Shown here in pieces: positions 1 through 7,723 of a stretch of 33,902 bases of DNA. The notes under the pieces are model-generated. The model ran no database searches. It was given only the letters and a program-made list of their open reading frames with translations, and had not been told where the DNA came from. The DNA is from a virus. Its lineage: Duplodnaviria; Caudoviricetes. Where the stretch lies: IMG/VR virus record IMGVR_UViG_3300049828_000060, positions 1 to 33,902 of that record; one strand, 5' to 3'. A program made the position numbers and the translations under genes. Numbering within the stretch: the stretch's first letter is position 1; the number at the start of each line of letters is the position of its first letter.

Positions 1-1
1 T

Positions 2-85
2 CCATATGTTAAGTATGGTGGGGTTTGGAGTGAGCCGGATAGGATTTACAGGAACACCAACGGAAACTGGAAGAGGATTGCCTAA
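2..85 (+). CDS. C-terminal end of the tail protein beginning at 33262 (wraps across the window ends)
   Basis: Frame reads [27 protein letters not shown]; TAA (83-85) overlaps the next ATG (85); in frame with the open ORF at the window end. Confidence 0.75.
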   Translation, partial: PYVKYGGVWSEPDRIYRNTNGNWKRIA

Positions 86-948
86 TGGCAAACGTAAAAA
101 TATCCGATCTGACAGCCGCCGCTGCCGCAACTTCAACCCAACAGTTTGAGGTAAACGATAGTGGCGCGTCCAAGAGCGTAACTGGCGCTCAGCTTAAGTC
201 ATTCGTTCTTGCTGACATTACGGCTTCTGCTGCTGAGCTAAACATCTTGGATGGCGCAACAGTTACAACTGCTGAGCTAAACATCTTGGATGGCGTCACG
301 GCAACGACTGCCGAACTTAACATCCTCGACGGCGTCACCGCGACGGCGGCGGAACTGAACATTCTCGACGGCGTGACGGCTACCACGGCGGAGTTGAACT
401 TCGTCGACGGCGTCACCTCCGCGATCCAGACGCAGCTTGATGCTAAACAAGCCGAAGATGCCACGCTAACCGCTCTGGCTGGCCTTAACACGACCGCAGG
501 CTTGGTTGTTCAGACCGGAACGGACACGTTTACCAAGCGGACCATAACGGCGGGAACTGGCATTACGGTCACTAACGGAAACGGCGTTTCTGACAACCCG
601 ACGATTGCGGCGGATGCACCTACAACTGCTCAGGTCGGCTCTGCTACGGCTGGCTTGGCTGCACTAGCTGTAGGGACTTATATTATTGCTTGGAACACAA
701 GCACAACTGCGGTCGCATCTGGCGGTACAATTGCTGGGTCCAGCTTGCGGTATCAGTCAACTCTTGCATCGGGCCTAAATCCGTTTGACACGAAGTCACA
801 ATCCAGTTCTACGTTTTCCACTACTGGTAATACTGCTCTAACTGGAACGTGGCGGGCGCTGACCCATGGTGGTGGCAGACTTACAGTAGGCTCGGGGCGC
901 AGCACCAGTTACCAATGGCCCGCTGCAATTTGGTTGAGGACAGCATGA
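85..948 (+). CDS. Tail fibre protein
   Basis: MANVKISDL start, five 13-aa (V/A)TA(T/S)xAELNILDG repeats, Thr/Ala/Gly-rich shaft, C-terminal GTWRAL...WLRTA tip, followed by a fibre chaperone. Confidence 0.85.
   Translation: MANVKISDLTAAAAATSTQQFEVNDSGASKSVTGAQLKSFVLADITASAAELNILDGATVTTAELNILDGVTATTAELNILDGVTATAAELNILDGVTATTAELNFVDGVTSAIQTQLDAKQAEDATLTALAGLNTTAGLVVQTGTDTFTKRTITAGTGITVTNGNGVSDNPTIAADAPTTAQVGSATAGLAALAVGTYIIAWNTSTTAVASGGTIAGSSLRYQSTLASGLNPFDTKSQSSSTFSTTGNTALTGTWRALTHGGGRLTVGSGRSTSYQWPAAIWLRTA
217..420 (+). repeat. Five degenerate 39-nt tandem coding repeats in the tail fibre
   Basis: GCTGAGCTAAACATCTTGGATGGCG occurs twice exactly 39 nt apart; further copies diverge at synonymous sites. 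Confidence 0.9.
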
Positions 949-1358
949 TGAACTACAGAAACCCAAAACGGACTTCCGAAGGCTGGATCGACTGCGAGAT
1001 CGAACATACTGACTACGGGTGGATACCGTTCACCTGTGACCCGAATGACACCGGGGCTTTGTTCGACACGGCTGCACTTTACGCCATGATGGAAGCAGAC
1101 CCTGCAACCGCACCCTACGTCCCTCCCACTGAGGCAGAACTTCTGGCGGCTGCAAGCACTGAGGCACGTGCGCTCCGCGCAGGTCTTCTTGCTAAGCATG
1201 TAGACGCCTTTGTCATGAACCCACTTCGCTGGGCCGACCTGACCGCAGAGCAGCAGGGCGAGATTGCAGCCTACCGTCGTGCGCTGCTAGACATCACGGA
1301 TCAACCGGGTTTTCCGACAAACATTGCTTGGCCGGAAGTCCCGGCCTTCGCGCAGTGA
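945..1358 (+). CDS. Tail fibre assembly chaperone
   Basis: ATGA overlap with the fibre stop; [17 protein letters not shown]-terminal motif and [25 protein letters not shown]-terminal motif typical of phage tail assembly chaperones. Confidence 0.85.
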   Translation: MMNYRNPKRTSEGWIDCEIEHTDYGWIPFTCDPNDTGALFDTAALYAMMEADPATAPYVPPTEAELLAAASTEARALRAGLLAKHVDAFVMNPLRWADLTAEQQGEIAAYRRALLDITDQPGFPTNIAWPEVPAFAQ

Positions 1359-1921
1359 CGCTCTACCTGCCCGGTCTATCTTTTGTGGCTGTCCCAAAGA
1401 CGGCCACAATTTCTATTGAGCGGGCCTTCTCTCCCTTCGCTTTCGACTTCAAGCCCCATCAGCACCACGCTGTTGATGAGGTAAAATCCCGCTCCCCCAA
1501 CCCATGCTTGGCCGTCATTCGGCACCCACTGCGCTGGATGGAGAGCTACTACAAATATCTCCGCTTCTCGCCGTACTTCGCGCATTCAGGCTCCATCTGG
1601 GGCCTGCATTCAAAGTCGTTTGAGCAGTTTGTCTGGGCCTACATTCGTGGGCAGCACATGTGGCCTGAGCCGCTGAGAGACCAGTCGTCCTATGTCTCGC
1701 GCAACGGCAAGGCGGTTGAGCATCTTTACCGATACGAAAACCTAAGTAATGCCGTCGATCACCTGTGTGAAGCCTGCGGTGCAAGGGTCGCTTTAGAGCG
1801 GCACAACGTCTCACGCAATGTGCCTCTTGATCTATCCGCAGAGGCGGTGTCTGCATTTGAGCAGTCAGCAAAACGCGACTATGATCTATACGAAACCTTG
1901 GGGTTAGCACATGCCGCCTAA
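1355..1921 (+). CDS. Sulfotransferase family 2-like protein
   Basis: GTGA overlap; FVAVPKTATISIE (5'-PSB-like), VIRHPLRWMESYYKY (3'-PB-like) and YRYENL motifs. Confidence 0.75.
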   Translation: MTLYLPGLSFVAVPKTATISIERAFSPFAFDFKPHQHHAVDEVKSRSPNPCLAVIRHPLRWMESYYKYLRFSPYFAHSGSIWGLHSKSFEQFVWAYIRGQHMWPEPLRDQSSYVSRNGKAVEHLYRYENLSNAVDHLCEACGARVALERHNVSRNVPLDLSAEAVSAFEQSAKRDYDLYETLGLAHAA

Positions 1922-1942
1922 AATTCTCTGACGGAGTAAAAT

Positions 1943-2176
1943 ATGGAAACGATGGAAGTTGTTGAGACGGTTATGCAGTGGATTGTAGCCCCAATTGCTG
2001 GCTTTGTTTTCTGGATGTATCGCACACAGCAAGACCACGCTACTAAGCTGGCCGTGCTTGCGGCAGTGCATGAGGCAAACAAAGAAGCTCATGACCGGGA
2101 GTTCAAAGAGATGCGAGAAAACTTCAAACGCGTCTTTGAGAAGCTGGACGGCATTGAAGCCGCTTTGAGAAAGTGA
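1943..2176 (+). CDS. Membrane-anchored coiled-coil protein (holin/haemolysin-like)
   Basis: GGAG RBS; one N-terminal TM segment (WIVAPIAGFVFWMY) then coiled coil ending KLDGIEAALRK. Confidence 0.6.
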   Translation: METMEVVETVMQWIVAPIAGFVFWMYRTQQDHATKLAVLAAVHEANKEAHDREFKEMRENFKRVFEKLDGIEAALRK

Positions 2177-2316
2177 GCGTCCCTCTGATCTGGGTGGGCT
2201 ATACCCATCTTTGGATCGACGGGCGTATGATCTTTGTTAAGATTTGTAGATACACTGCGGAGATAGCAATAGCCGTTGATCCTTTGTCCTTCTGTCCACC
2301 GTTCTGGAGCTTGTGA
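2173..2316 (+). CDS. Small hypothetical protein (47 aa), not in the ORF track
   Basis: VSVPLIWVGYTHLWIDGRMIFVKICRYTAEIAIAVDPLSFCPPFWSL; GTGA overlap upstream and TGATG overlap downstream fill the gap exactly. Confidence 0.6.
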   Translation: MSVPLIWVGYTHLWIDGRMIFVKICRYTAEIAIAVDPLSFCPPFWSL

Positions 2317-2807
2317 TGTTTGACCCAGTTAGCATTGGCATGGCAATCAGCGTTGGAAGCAAAGCCTTCTCAATGCTTAAGCAAGGCATTGCTGCTGGCC
2401 GCGAGATACAGGACATGGCGTCCCAACTGTCTGAATGGGGCAAGGCTGTGTCTGACATTGCCTACGCTGCGGACAAGGCTAATGAGCCTCCCGGCGTCTT
2501 CAAGACGTTGTTTGGCAACAGCAATCAGAAGAGCGCTATCGACATCTTTGCTGCTCAGAAGCAGTGCGAACAACAGCGCAAAGAGTTGCGCCAGCTTATC
2601 AGCTACACTTACGGCAACGATGCTTGGCTAGAGTTTCAGGCAATTGAGCGTCGAGTGCGAGAGCAGCAACGTGAGCAAGTCTATCGCCGCAAAGAACTAA
2701 TCGAAGGCATACTCGAAGCTGCGCTGTGGACTGGAATTATCTTGGCTACAAGCGTTATTGCAGGCTTTGGTCTCTACTTCTGGGGCCGCTATTTAGGGAG
2801 GTGGTGA
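2316..2807 (+). CDS. Hypothetical membrane protein of the lysis region
   Basis: MFDPVSI start, helical body, C-terminal TM helix; translationally coupled. Confidence 0.7.
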   Translation: MFDPVSIGMAISVGSKAFSMLKQGIAAGREIQDMASQLSEWGKAVSDIAYAADKANEPPGVFKTLFGNSNQKSAIDIFAAQKQCEQQRKELRQLISYTYGNDAWLEFQAIERRVREQQREQVYRRKELIEGILEAALWTGIILATSVIAGFGLYFWGRYLGRW

Positions 2808-2998
2808 TGGTGCTGGAACACTGGATATGGCCAATCTTTGCTATCATTATTGGCGGACTTTTTTATTTCAGTGAAGACGGATGGTATCGGTATCCGTGCC
2901 AAGACCCTGCTAACTGGGCATTGATTGAGTGCCAACCACCTATTTGCCTTCGCACAAAGAACTGCGCTGATGATCTGACAGGAGGTGTTGCGCCATGA
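2807..2998 (+). CDS. Small Cys-rich membrane-anchored protein
   Basis: TGATG overlap; N-terminal TM then YRYPCQDPANW..C.PP.C....C. Confidence 0.65.
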   Translation: MVLEHWIWPIFAIIIGGLFYFSEDGWYRYPCQDPANWALIECQPPICLRTKNCADDLTGGVAP

Positions 2999-3264
2999 GA
3001 AAGAATGACCCTGACTTTCTGGAAGCCAAGCTACGTTATTTTGTTGGCGTATCTTTGACTCTGATTTTGGGCTTTAGCATCTTCATCATTCTATACTCAC
3101 TGGTCTTTGTTACCCAGCCTTTGGGTGAAAGCTCTGAGAATGACCGCGCCTTGTTTGCCATACTTACCCCCATTGCCTCGTTCATCACGGGTGCGCTTGG
3201 AGGTGTGATGGCCGCAGGCAATAACCGCAAACGTGACGCTGACCAGCAGGAGACAGAAGAATGA
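2995..3264 (+). CDS. Two-TM membrane protein, holin candidate
   Basis: Two hydrophobic helices, charged C-terminus, GGAGG RBS, upstream of the endolysin. Confidence 0.6.
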   Translation: MRKNDPDFLEAKLRYFVGVSLTLILGFSIFIILYSLVFVTQPLGESSENDRALFAILTPIASFITGALGGVMAAGNNRKRDADQQETEE

Positions 3265-3488
3265 TTGGACGCATGATTGGAATGTTCATGGGCCGCAAGC
3301 TCAAAGAGAAAGCCGTGGACGCTGTGCTGGACAAAGTAAACCTGCCTGACCCAGTGGAGACTGCAATCAAAGTTGCCGCCACTGGTAACGTGGGTGATTT
3401 GCTTGGCGGCATGGGCAAGGACATGGCACAGGAAGCTGTGCTTGGTGCAATCACAAAGAAGGTTCCGATCAAGAGACCTAAGAAATGA
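3261..3488 (+). CDS. Hypothetical protein
   Basis: ATGA overlaps on both sides, AGGAG RBS. Confidence 0.6.
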   Translation: MIGRMIGMFMGRKLKEKAVDAVLDKVNLPDPVETAIKVAATGNVGDLLGGMGKDMAQEAVLGAITKKVPIKRPKK

Positions 3489-3889
3489 AGTGGCTGTCCT
3501 TGCTCTTATTGACGGCTGCGCCTGCTCATGCCTATGAAATTACCCGCGTCATTGATGGCGATACCGTGGAGATTGCGGTGGATTTTCTTCCGTCGCCCCT
3601 GCCGCCTAAGCTGTCAATCCGCGTTATTGGCATCGACACCCCAGAGAAAGCACCTCGCGCTCAATGCGATGCGGAAGCAGCTTTGGCTAAGAAAGCCAGC
3701 GCCTTTACAAAAGACGCGGTTGCCAATGCGTTTGAGGTCGATGTCAAAATACTCAAGTGGGACAAGTACGGCGGCAGAGTCTTGGGTGAAGTTTACCTAG
3801 ACCGCCAGAGCCTAGCCCAAAGCCTGATCTCTGCTGGTCTTGCCCGTCCCTATAAGGGGGAAGCAAAACAATCTTGGTGCGAGGAGTAA
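3485..3889 (+). CDS. Staphylococcal nuclease (SNase/thermonuclease) family protein with signal peptide
   Basis: RVIDGDT, IRVIGIDTPE, DKYGGRVLG and GLARPY motifs; MKWLSLLLLTAAPAHA signal with an AxA site. Confidence 0.9.
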   Translation: MKWLSLLLLTAAPAHAYEITRVIDGDTVEIAVDFLPSPLPPKLSIRVIGIDTPEKAPRAQCDAEAALAKKASAFTKDAVANAFEVDVKILKWDKYGGRVLGEVYLDRQSLAQSLISAGLARPYKGEAKQSWCEE

Positions 3890-3894
3890 GCACG

Positions 3895-4509
3895 ATGTCT
3901 GATGCAATGAAGAAACTGCAAGAGAAGTGTGGAGTTGCTGCTGATGGTGCCTTTGGCCCGAACACAGCCCGGGCTATCGCCAAGCACTATGAGCTATCTC
4001 CTGAGCGCGGCGCTCATCTGTTGGGGCAAGCCAGCCATGAGAGTGGTGGCTTTAAGCTTACCAAGGAGAATCTAAACTACCGTGCGGAAACCATGTGCAA
4101 GGTCTGGCCTTCGCGGTTCAAGACTTTGGCTGATGCTGCTCCTTATGCCAACAATCCAAAGGCACTGGCTGATAAGGTTTACTCTGGGCGCATGGGCAAT
4201 GGAGAAGGCGAGGGTCACATCTGGATTGGCCGTGGCTTCTTGCAGTTGACGGGCAAGGATAACTACCGATCCTTTGCCTCTGACATGCGTGTGCCTGACG
4301 TTATGCAGAATCCTTCTCTTGTCGAGACCGACTATGCAATGGAAACCGCTATGTGGTTCTTCGAGAAGAACGGACTGTTCGCCATTGCTGACAAGGGCGT
4401 GAGCGAGGATACCATCAAGCAAATCACCAAGCGTGTGAATGGTGGCTACATTGGATTGGATCACCGCAAGAAAGAGACCGAGAAGATTTACGGTTGGCTC
4501 AAAGCGTGA
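3895..4509 (+). CDS. Endolysin, glycoside hydrolase family 19, with short N-terminal PG-binding segment
   Basis: LQEKCGVAADGAFGPNT, HESGGF..ENLNY, GRGFLQLTGKDNY, ITKRVNGGYIGLDHR; GAGGAG RBS. Confidence 0.92.
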   Translation: MSDAMKKLQEKCGVAADGAFGPNTARAIAKHYELSPERGAHLLGQASHESGGFKLTKENLNYRAETMCKVWPSRFKTLADAAPYANNPKALADKVYSGRMGNGEGEGHIWIGRGFLQLTGKDNYRSFASDMRVPDVMQNPSLVETDYAMETAMWFFEKNGLFAIADKGVSEDTIKQITKRVNGGYIGLDHRKKETEKIYGWLKA

Positions 4510-4515
4510 TGTCGT

Positions 4516-4594
4516 GAGGGGCGCGATGGTGGATGATAAGCCGTAGCGCAGTCTGATCTTCGACCAATACAAAGCCGTGCTTTGTGCGCCCCTC
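4516..4594. other. Structured intergenic element (three-way junction) at the late/early convergence
   Basis: GAGGGGCGC/GCGCCCCTC closing stem, ACAAAGC/GCTTTGT hairpin, imperfect TGGTGGATGATAAG/CTGATCTTCGACCA stem. Confidence 0.6.
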
Positions 4595-4597
4595 GAA

Positions 4598-4957
4598 TCA
4601 CATCCTAATGCCCTGATGATTGGTCTTCAAGGCTTCGTATCGCATGATAGCAAGGAGCAATCTTTCTTTCATTGCGGTCGTTGCTCTTGGAGACAATGCT
4701 CTTGTTAGCTGGTCTCGGCTTATCCCTATTTCTTGGGCAGCAATTGTCCTTGATGGAAAAGTTGTCTTGCCTAGAGTTAGTGGCTTTGCTCCAGCTTGAT
4801 TGCCAATCTGCCCGCCTGCCAGATTAAGGCCAACGCGCTCAAGTGTTCCAGTGTGAGATAGTCTGGTGCTGATGGCTGAGGGTGTGACGCCTGCCCACTG
4901 CGCTGCTTCTTTCTGTGATCTAAAAACTACGCCACGAATCTCGGTAATGTTTGTCAA
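4598..4957 (-). CDS. DNA-binding protein with two NUMOD1-like/HTH repeats
   Basis: IRGVVFRSQKEAAQWAGVTPSAISTRL and LGKTTFPSRTIAAQEIGISRDQLTRAL; TTG start with GGAGG RBS. Confidence 0.65.
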   Translation of the reverse strand: MTNITEIRGVVFRSQKEAAQWAGVTPSAISTRLSHTGTLERVGLNLAGGQIGNQAGAKPLTLGKTTFPSRTIAAQEIGISRDQLTRALSPRATTAMKERLLLAIMRYEALKTNHQGIRM

Positions 4958-5117
4958 CTGCCGCCTCCTTTATGCGGTCGATCTCTGCTTTGTTTTTCTC
5001 TGCCATCCAGAGAATCATCTCATACTGTTCCAGTGTAACCCACCAGCCGGGAAGCTTGACGTAACCCGCGTCTCTTAGAGCACGGGCTGCTGGGCTATCG
5101 CTGGCGGATCGGGTCAT
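4920..5117 (-). CDS. Hypothetical protein
   Basis: TAATG coupling to the upstream ORF; LRDAGYVKLPGWWV motif. Confidence 0.6.
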   Translation of the reverse strand: MTRSASDSPAARALRDAGYVKLPGWWVTLEQYEMILWMAEKNKAEIDRIKEAAVDKHYRDSWRSF

Positions 5118-5290
5118 TAGTCGCTGTCCCTTGTGATTTCGTAAGATACTAGATGCAGGACACCAACGGCTGCGGCGAGAGGCATCCGACCCTCATACTC
5201 ATAGATCAGAGCCTTGATCCGATCACCCAGTTCCCCGGTCACGTCCTCGGCCCTCTTGCCGTCGCCCTTCAAGACGCGGATGTCAGTCAT
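5117..5290 (-). CDS. Hypothetical protein (57 aa), not in the ORF track
   Basis: MTDIRVLKGDGKRAEDVTGELGDRIKALIYEYEGRMPLAAAVGVLHLVSYEITRDSD; GGGG RBS; fills the gap with coupled ends. Confidence 0.65.
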   Translation of the reverse strand: MTDIRVLKGDGKRAEDVTGELGDRIKALIYEYEGRMPLAAAVGVLHLVSYEITRDSD

Positions 5291-5480
5291 GGCTTTCCCC
5301 CATCAACGCTGTCACGTCAGTCAGGTCTGTGAACGTGAGGTAGCAGTGGTTGCTCTTGCCTATGCCAAGCAACACTTCGTGCTGGTGCATGGTGCGGCTC
5401 CTCGGTGCATACCGTAGCCCATTACGGCGAACCAACTCGCGTAGCAGTTCTTCGTCGGTATATTTCTGCAGGTCAGTCAT
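5283..5480 (-). CDS. Hypothetical protein
   Basis: MTDLQKYTDEELLRELVRR; AAGGAG RBS; overlapping junctions. Confidence 0.65.
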   Translation of the reverse strand: MTDLQKYTDEELLRELVRRNGLRYAPRSRTMHQHEVLLGIGKSNHCYLTFTDLTDVTALMGESHD

Positions 5481-5739
5481 GGCTCTCTCCTTTGATCTCT
5501 GCGAGGGTGGCGAGGGCGATGTCGCGCATATCTTTGAATGCTTCTTCCACCTCATAGTCTTCGCCCCAGATCATTTGCTCATCGCGCTTAGCAATGGCGA
5601 GCAGCCCAGCTTCCGCCTTCGCCAGCTTGTCAGTCAGAGCCTCGATGCGGGCGGCGGATTTGCGGCACCAATCGCAAGCCATTTCTTTGGTCGCATGTAC
5701 TGGATAGCCGCAAGCGCCACAGCATGTTTGGTCACTCAT
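5473..5739 (-). CDS. Hypothetical protein with CxxC/CxxC and coiled coil
   Basis: CCGAC...CDWC, AARIEAL; AAGGAG RBS. Confidence 0.65.
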   Translation of the reverse strand: MSDQTCCGACGYPVHATKEMACDWCRKSAARIEALTDKLAKAEAGLLAIAKRDEQMIWGEDYEVEEAFKDMRDIALATLAEIKGESHD

Positions 5740-5977
5740 GGCTCTCTCCTTTGATCAACGCGCTGTCAGCTTCTGCCAGTGTTTCTGCTAAATCGCGAAC
5801 AGGAATGCCGCGCAAAATTCTTTCTGGGATAGGGCGAATGCGGTTTAGTGCAGACCGAAGCGCATTCCGCTCCTTGGTCAGGGCTTCGATGCGGTCGGCG
5901 GCTTGCTTTGTAAGAGCCACAAGACCGCCCCATGTCGGCTCACTCCGAAGCTGTTCAATTAGTTCTTCGTCAGTCAT
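5732..5977 (-). CDS. Hypothetical coiled-coil protein
   Basis: MTDEELIEQLR...AADRIEAL; ATGA overlap with the upstream ORF. Confidence 0.65.
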   Translation of the reverse strand: MTDEELIEQLRSEPTWGGLVALTKQAADRIEALTKERNALRSALNRIRPIPERILRGIPVRDLAETLAEADSALIKGESHE

Positions 5978-6189
5978 TTCCGCCCCCGTTCCCAAGCCGC
6001 CCGCGACAGCCGATTGGCCAGCGTGTCCATGTCTTCGATGGTAATCTGGCGGTTAGCCACAATGGCCCAGTAAACTAAGTCCATGAACCGCTTGGGCGGT
6101 AACACAGAGGCAGCATTGCTAATGCCAAGTGCTGCTTCTGACTGGATGTCACGGTGCGGCATGACCTCTTTGCTTCTGCGAAAAAACAT
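5974..6189 (-). CDS. Hypothetical protein
   Basis: TAATG coupling to the upstream ORF; continuous operon. Confidence 0.6.
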   Translation of the reverse strand: MFFRRSKEVMPHRDIQSEAALGISNAASVLPPKRFMDLVYWAIVANRQITIEDMDTLANRLSRAAWERGRK

Positions 6190-6614
6190 TATTTCTTCTC
6201 CCTCTTGGCTCTCTCGACTACGCTATCAATCACGTCGATAAGCACTGGATTCTCACTAAGAATAATCTCTGCTCTGCGAATTGATGATGCCACAGTTGAA
6301 TGGTCGCGCTTAACAACAGCACCGATCTGTTGAAGCGACATGCCTAGTCTCTTACGAAACGTGTAGGCCATGATGTGACGGGCGTTAGCTATGGCTGCTG
6401 TATTGTTGTAGCCAATAAACTCATCCTTGGTTACGCCAGCTAGCTCAGCGAAGGTCTCAATGATTACGTTCTCGTCGTGATCGTTGCCCTTGCGAATGGT
6501 TACAAAGATGCTTGGTTGTTTGTAGGCCAAGCCCTTTTCTCTGCGGTAACTGGCCTTCTTGGTTTCTTCTGCGCTCTTGGCCAGAAGATTTGCATACTTC
6601 TCTTCGTGTGTCAT
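6189..6614 (-). CDS. DnaA C-terminal (domain IV)-like HTH protein
   Basis: ARHIMAYTFRKRLGMSLQQIGAVVKRDHSTVASSIRR matches the Bac_DnaA_C signature (SL..IG....RDHSTV). Confidence 0.8.
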   Translation of the reverse strand: MTHEEKYANLLAKSAEETKKASYRREKGLAYKQPSIFVTIRKGNDHDENVIIETFAELAGVTKDEFIGYNNTAAIANARHIMAYTFRKRLGMSLQQIGAVVKRDHSTVASSIRRAEIILSENPVLIDVIDSVVERAKREKK

Positions 6615-6632
6615 GGCTCTCTCCCAGAAGGT

Positions 6633-6652
6633 GCCGGGGCTTTCACCCCGGC
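6633..6652 (-). terminator. GC hairpin after the SSB-like gene (weak terminator or mRNA stabiliser)
   Basis: GCCGGGG-TGAAAG-CCCCGGC followed by ACCTTCT; poor U-tract. Confidence 0.45.
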
Positions 6653-6659
6653 GAAGTTG

Positions 6660-7034
6660 TTAGAACGGGATGTCGTCGTTAAGACGATCTTCTTTTGGTT
6701 TGCCTCCGTCTGCGCGTTGGTCAGAGACAGCGAAGGTCATGTAAGGATTGCCATCCTTCATGCGCTTCCATGCTGCGAGGCGGCGCTCACGATTGCCATC
6801 AGTGATTGGGCCTGTGTAATCCGGCGCACTCTCAGATTCTTTCTTCTCGTTGGGGAACAGGGTTCCAACCTTCTCGAAGATTTCGATGATCTGTTTGCCA
6901 GATTTTGTTTCGTCTTTGATTAAGACGACCTTCTTTTCACGGCCTCCGTCATTGACCTTGCCTTGAAGGATAAGGCGCTGCTTATCAAATGGCTTGAACG
7001 CTGCGCCTTTGTCCGTGTTGTCGTAGTCTGCCAT
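6660..7034 (-). CDS. Putative single-stranded DNA-binding protein (DUF736-like)
   Basis: YDNTDKGAAF, APDYTG, acidic C-terminal tail LNDDIPF; follows the annealase gene; AAGGAG RBS. Confidence 0.7.
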   Translation of the reverse strand: MADYDNTDKGAAFKPFDKQRLILQGKVNDGGREKKVVLIKDETKSGKQIIEIFEKVGTLFPNEKKESESAPDYTGPITDGNRERRLAAWKRMKDGNPYMTFAVSDQRADGGKPKEDRLNDDIPF

Positions 7035-7056
7035 GCTTCTGGCTCCTTGTATGAGA

Positions 7057-7518
7057 TTACCAACCGCTTTCATCGGTCGGCTTACCTGAGTCTGCTGCGT
7101 ACTTGTTGCCGTCATATTCCCCAAGGAACACATCGGCATTGAATCCAAGGTGAGACAAAGCCTTGGTCAATCCGTCAGTCACCGACATCTTCGGTGCATC
7201 TTCATTCAGCCTACCCTTCGTTGCGTCGAAGAACTTGCGACAGCCGGGGAAGGGGCCGAACACATTGCCGGGGCTTTCAGTCCAGACCTCGACATCTGAC
7301 ACAACGGCGGTGTCGCCATTGGACAGGTTCACAAAGTGTGTCTTGGCAACCCAGCCCCAGCCATGGCCAACGGGACCAAAGGCTTTGGTCGCTGACTTGA
7401 CCTGATACTGAGGGTCAATGGATGTGAAGGATCGTGCGCCAAGCGTGACCTTCTTGAGATACTTGGGATCGGATTTGCAAACCGCATCCCATAGGCTCAT
7501 CGTTGTAGTGTCAGTCAT
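7057..7518 (-). CDS. Putative Rad52/Sak-like single-strand annealing protein
   Basis: SIDPQYQ..AT..FGP.G.GWGW and K.SVTDGLTKALSHLGFNADVFLG; lies between exonuclease and SSB. Confidence 0.6.
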   Translation of the reverse strand: MTDTTTMSLWDAVCKSDPKYLKKVTLGARSFTSIDPQYQVKSATKAFGPVGHGWGWVAKTHFVNLSNGDTAVVSDVEVWTESPGNVFGPFPGCRKFFDATKGRLNEDAPKMSVTDGLTKALSHLGFNADVFLGEYDGNKYAADSGKPTDESGW

Positions 7519-7720
7519 CTTTTGGTTCTCCTCTTGCGTAATCTATTGTGAACTTTACGGAGCCGATTCTTGGTTTATTGGGCGAAGACACTTCGTATCC
7601 AGTAATTGGACCCAGTGCTGTTCGGCCCGAGCCGAAACGATATTTAAATCTGGTTTCCATATCGCCGCCGTGTGTTTCCACAAGGTTATTGATAATGCCT
7701 TGAAGCTCTTTCAGTTTCAT
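7511..7720 (-). CDS. Hypothetical protein
   Basis: MKLKELQ start, GAGG RBS, overlaps the next gene. Confidence 0.6.
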   Translation of the reverse strand: MKLKELQGIINNLVETHGGDMETRFKYRFGSGRTALGPITGYEVSSPNKPRIGSVKFTIDYARGEPKDD

Positions 7721-7723
7721 TGC

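Noticed and set aside
217-420. CRISPR-like repeat array
   Set aside because: Repeats are contiguous, in-frame and coding, with no unique spacers
600-948. Diversity-generating retroelement target in the fibre tip
   Set aside because: No reverse transcriptase ORF and no second adenine-variant copy seen
4516-4597. tRNA or tRNA-like gene (GGGGCGC...GCGCCCC, TTCGA)
   Set aside because: No D, anticodon or T arm geometry and no CCA; kept only as an unexplained structure
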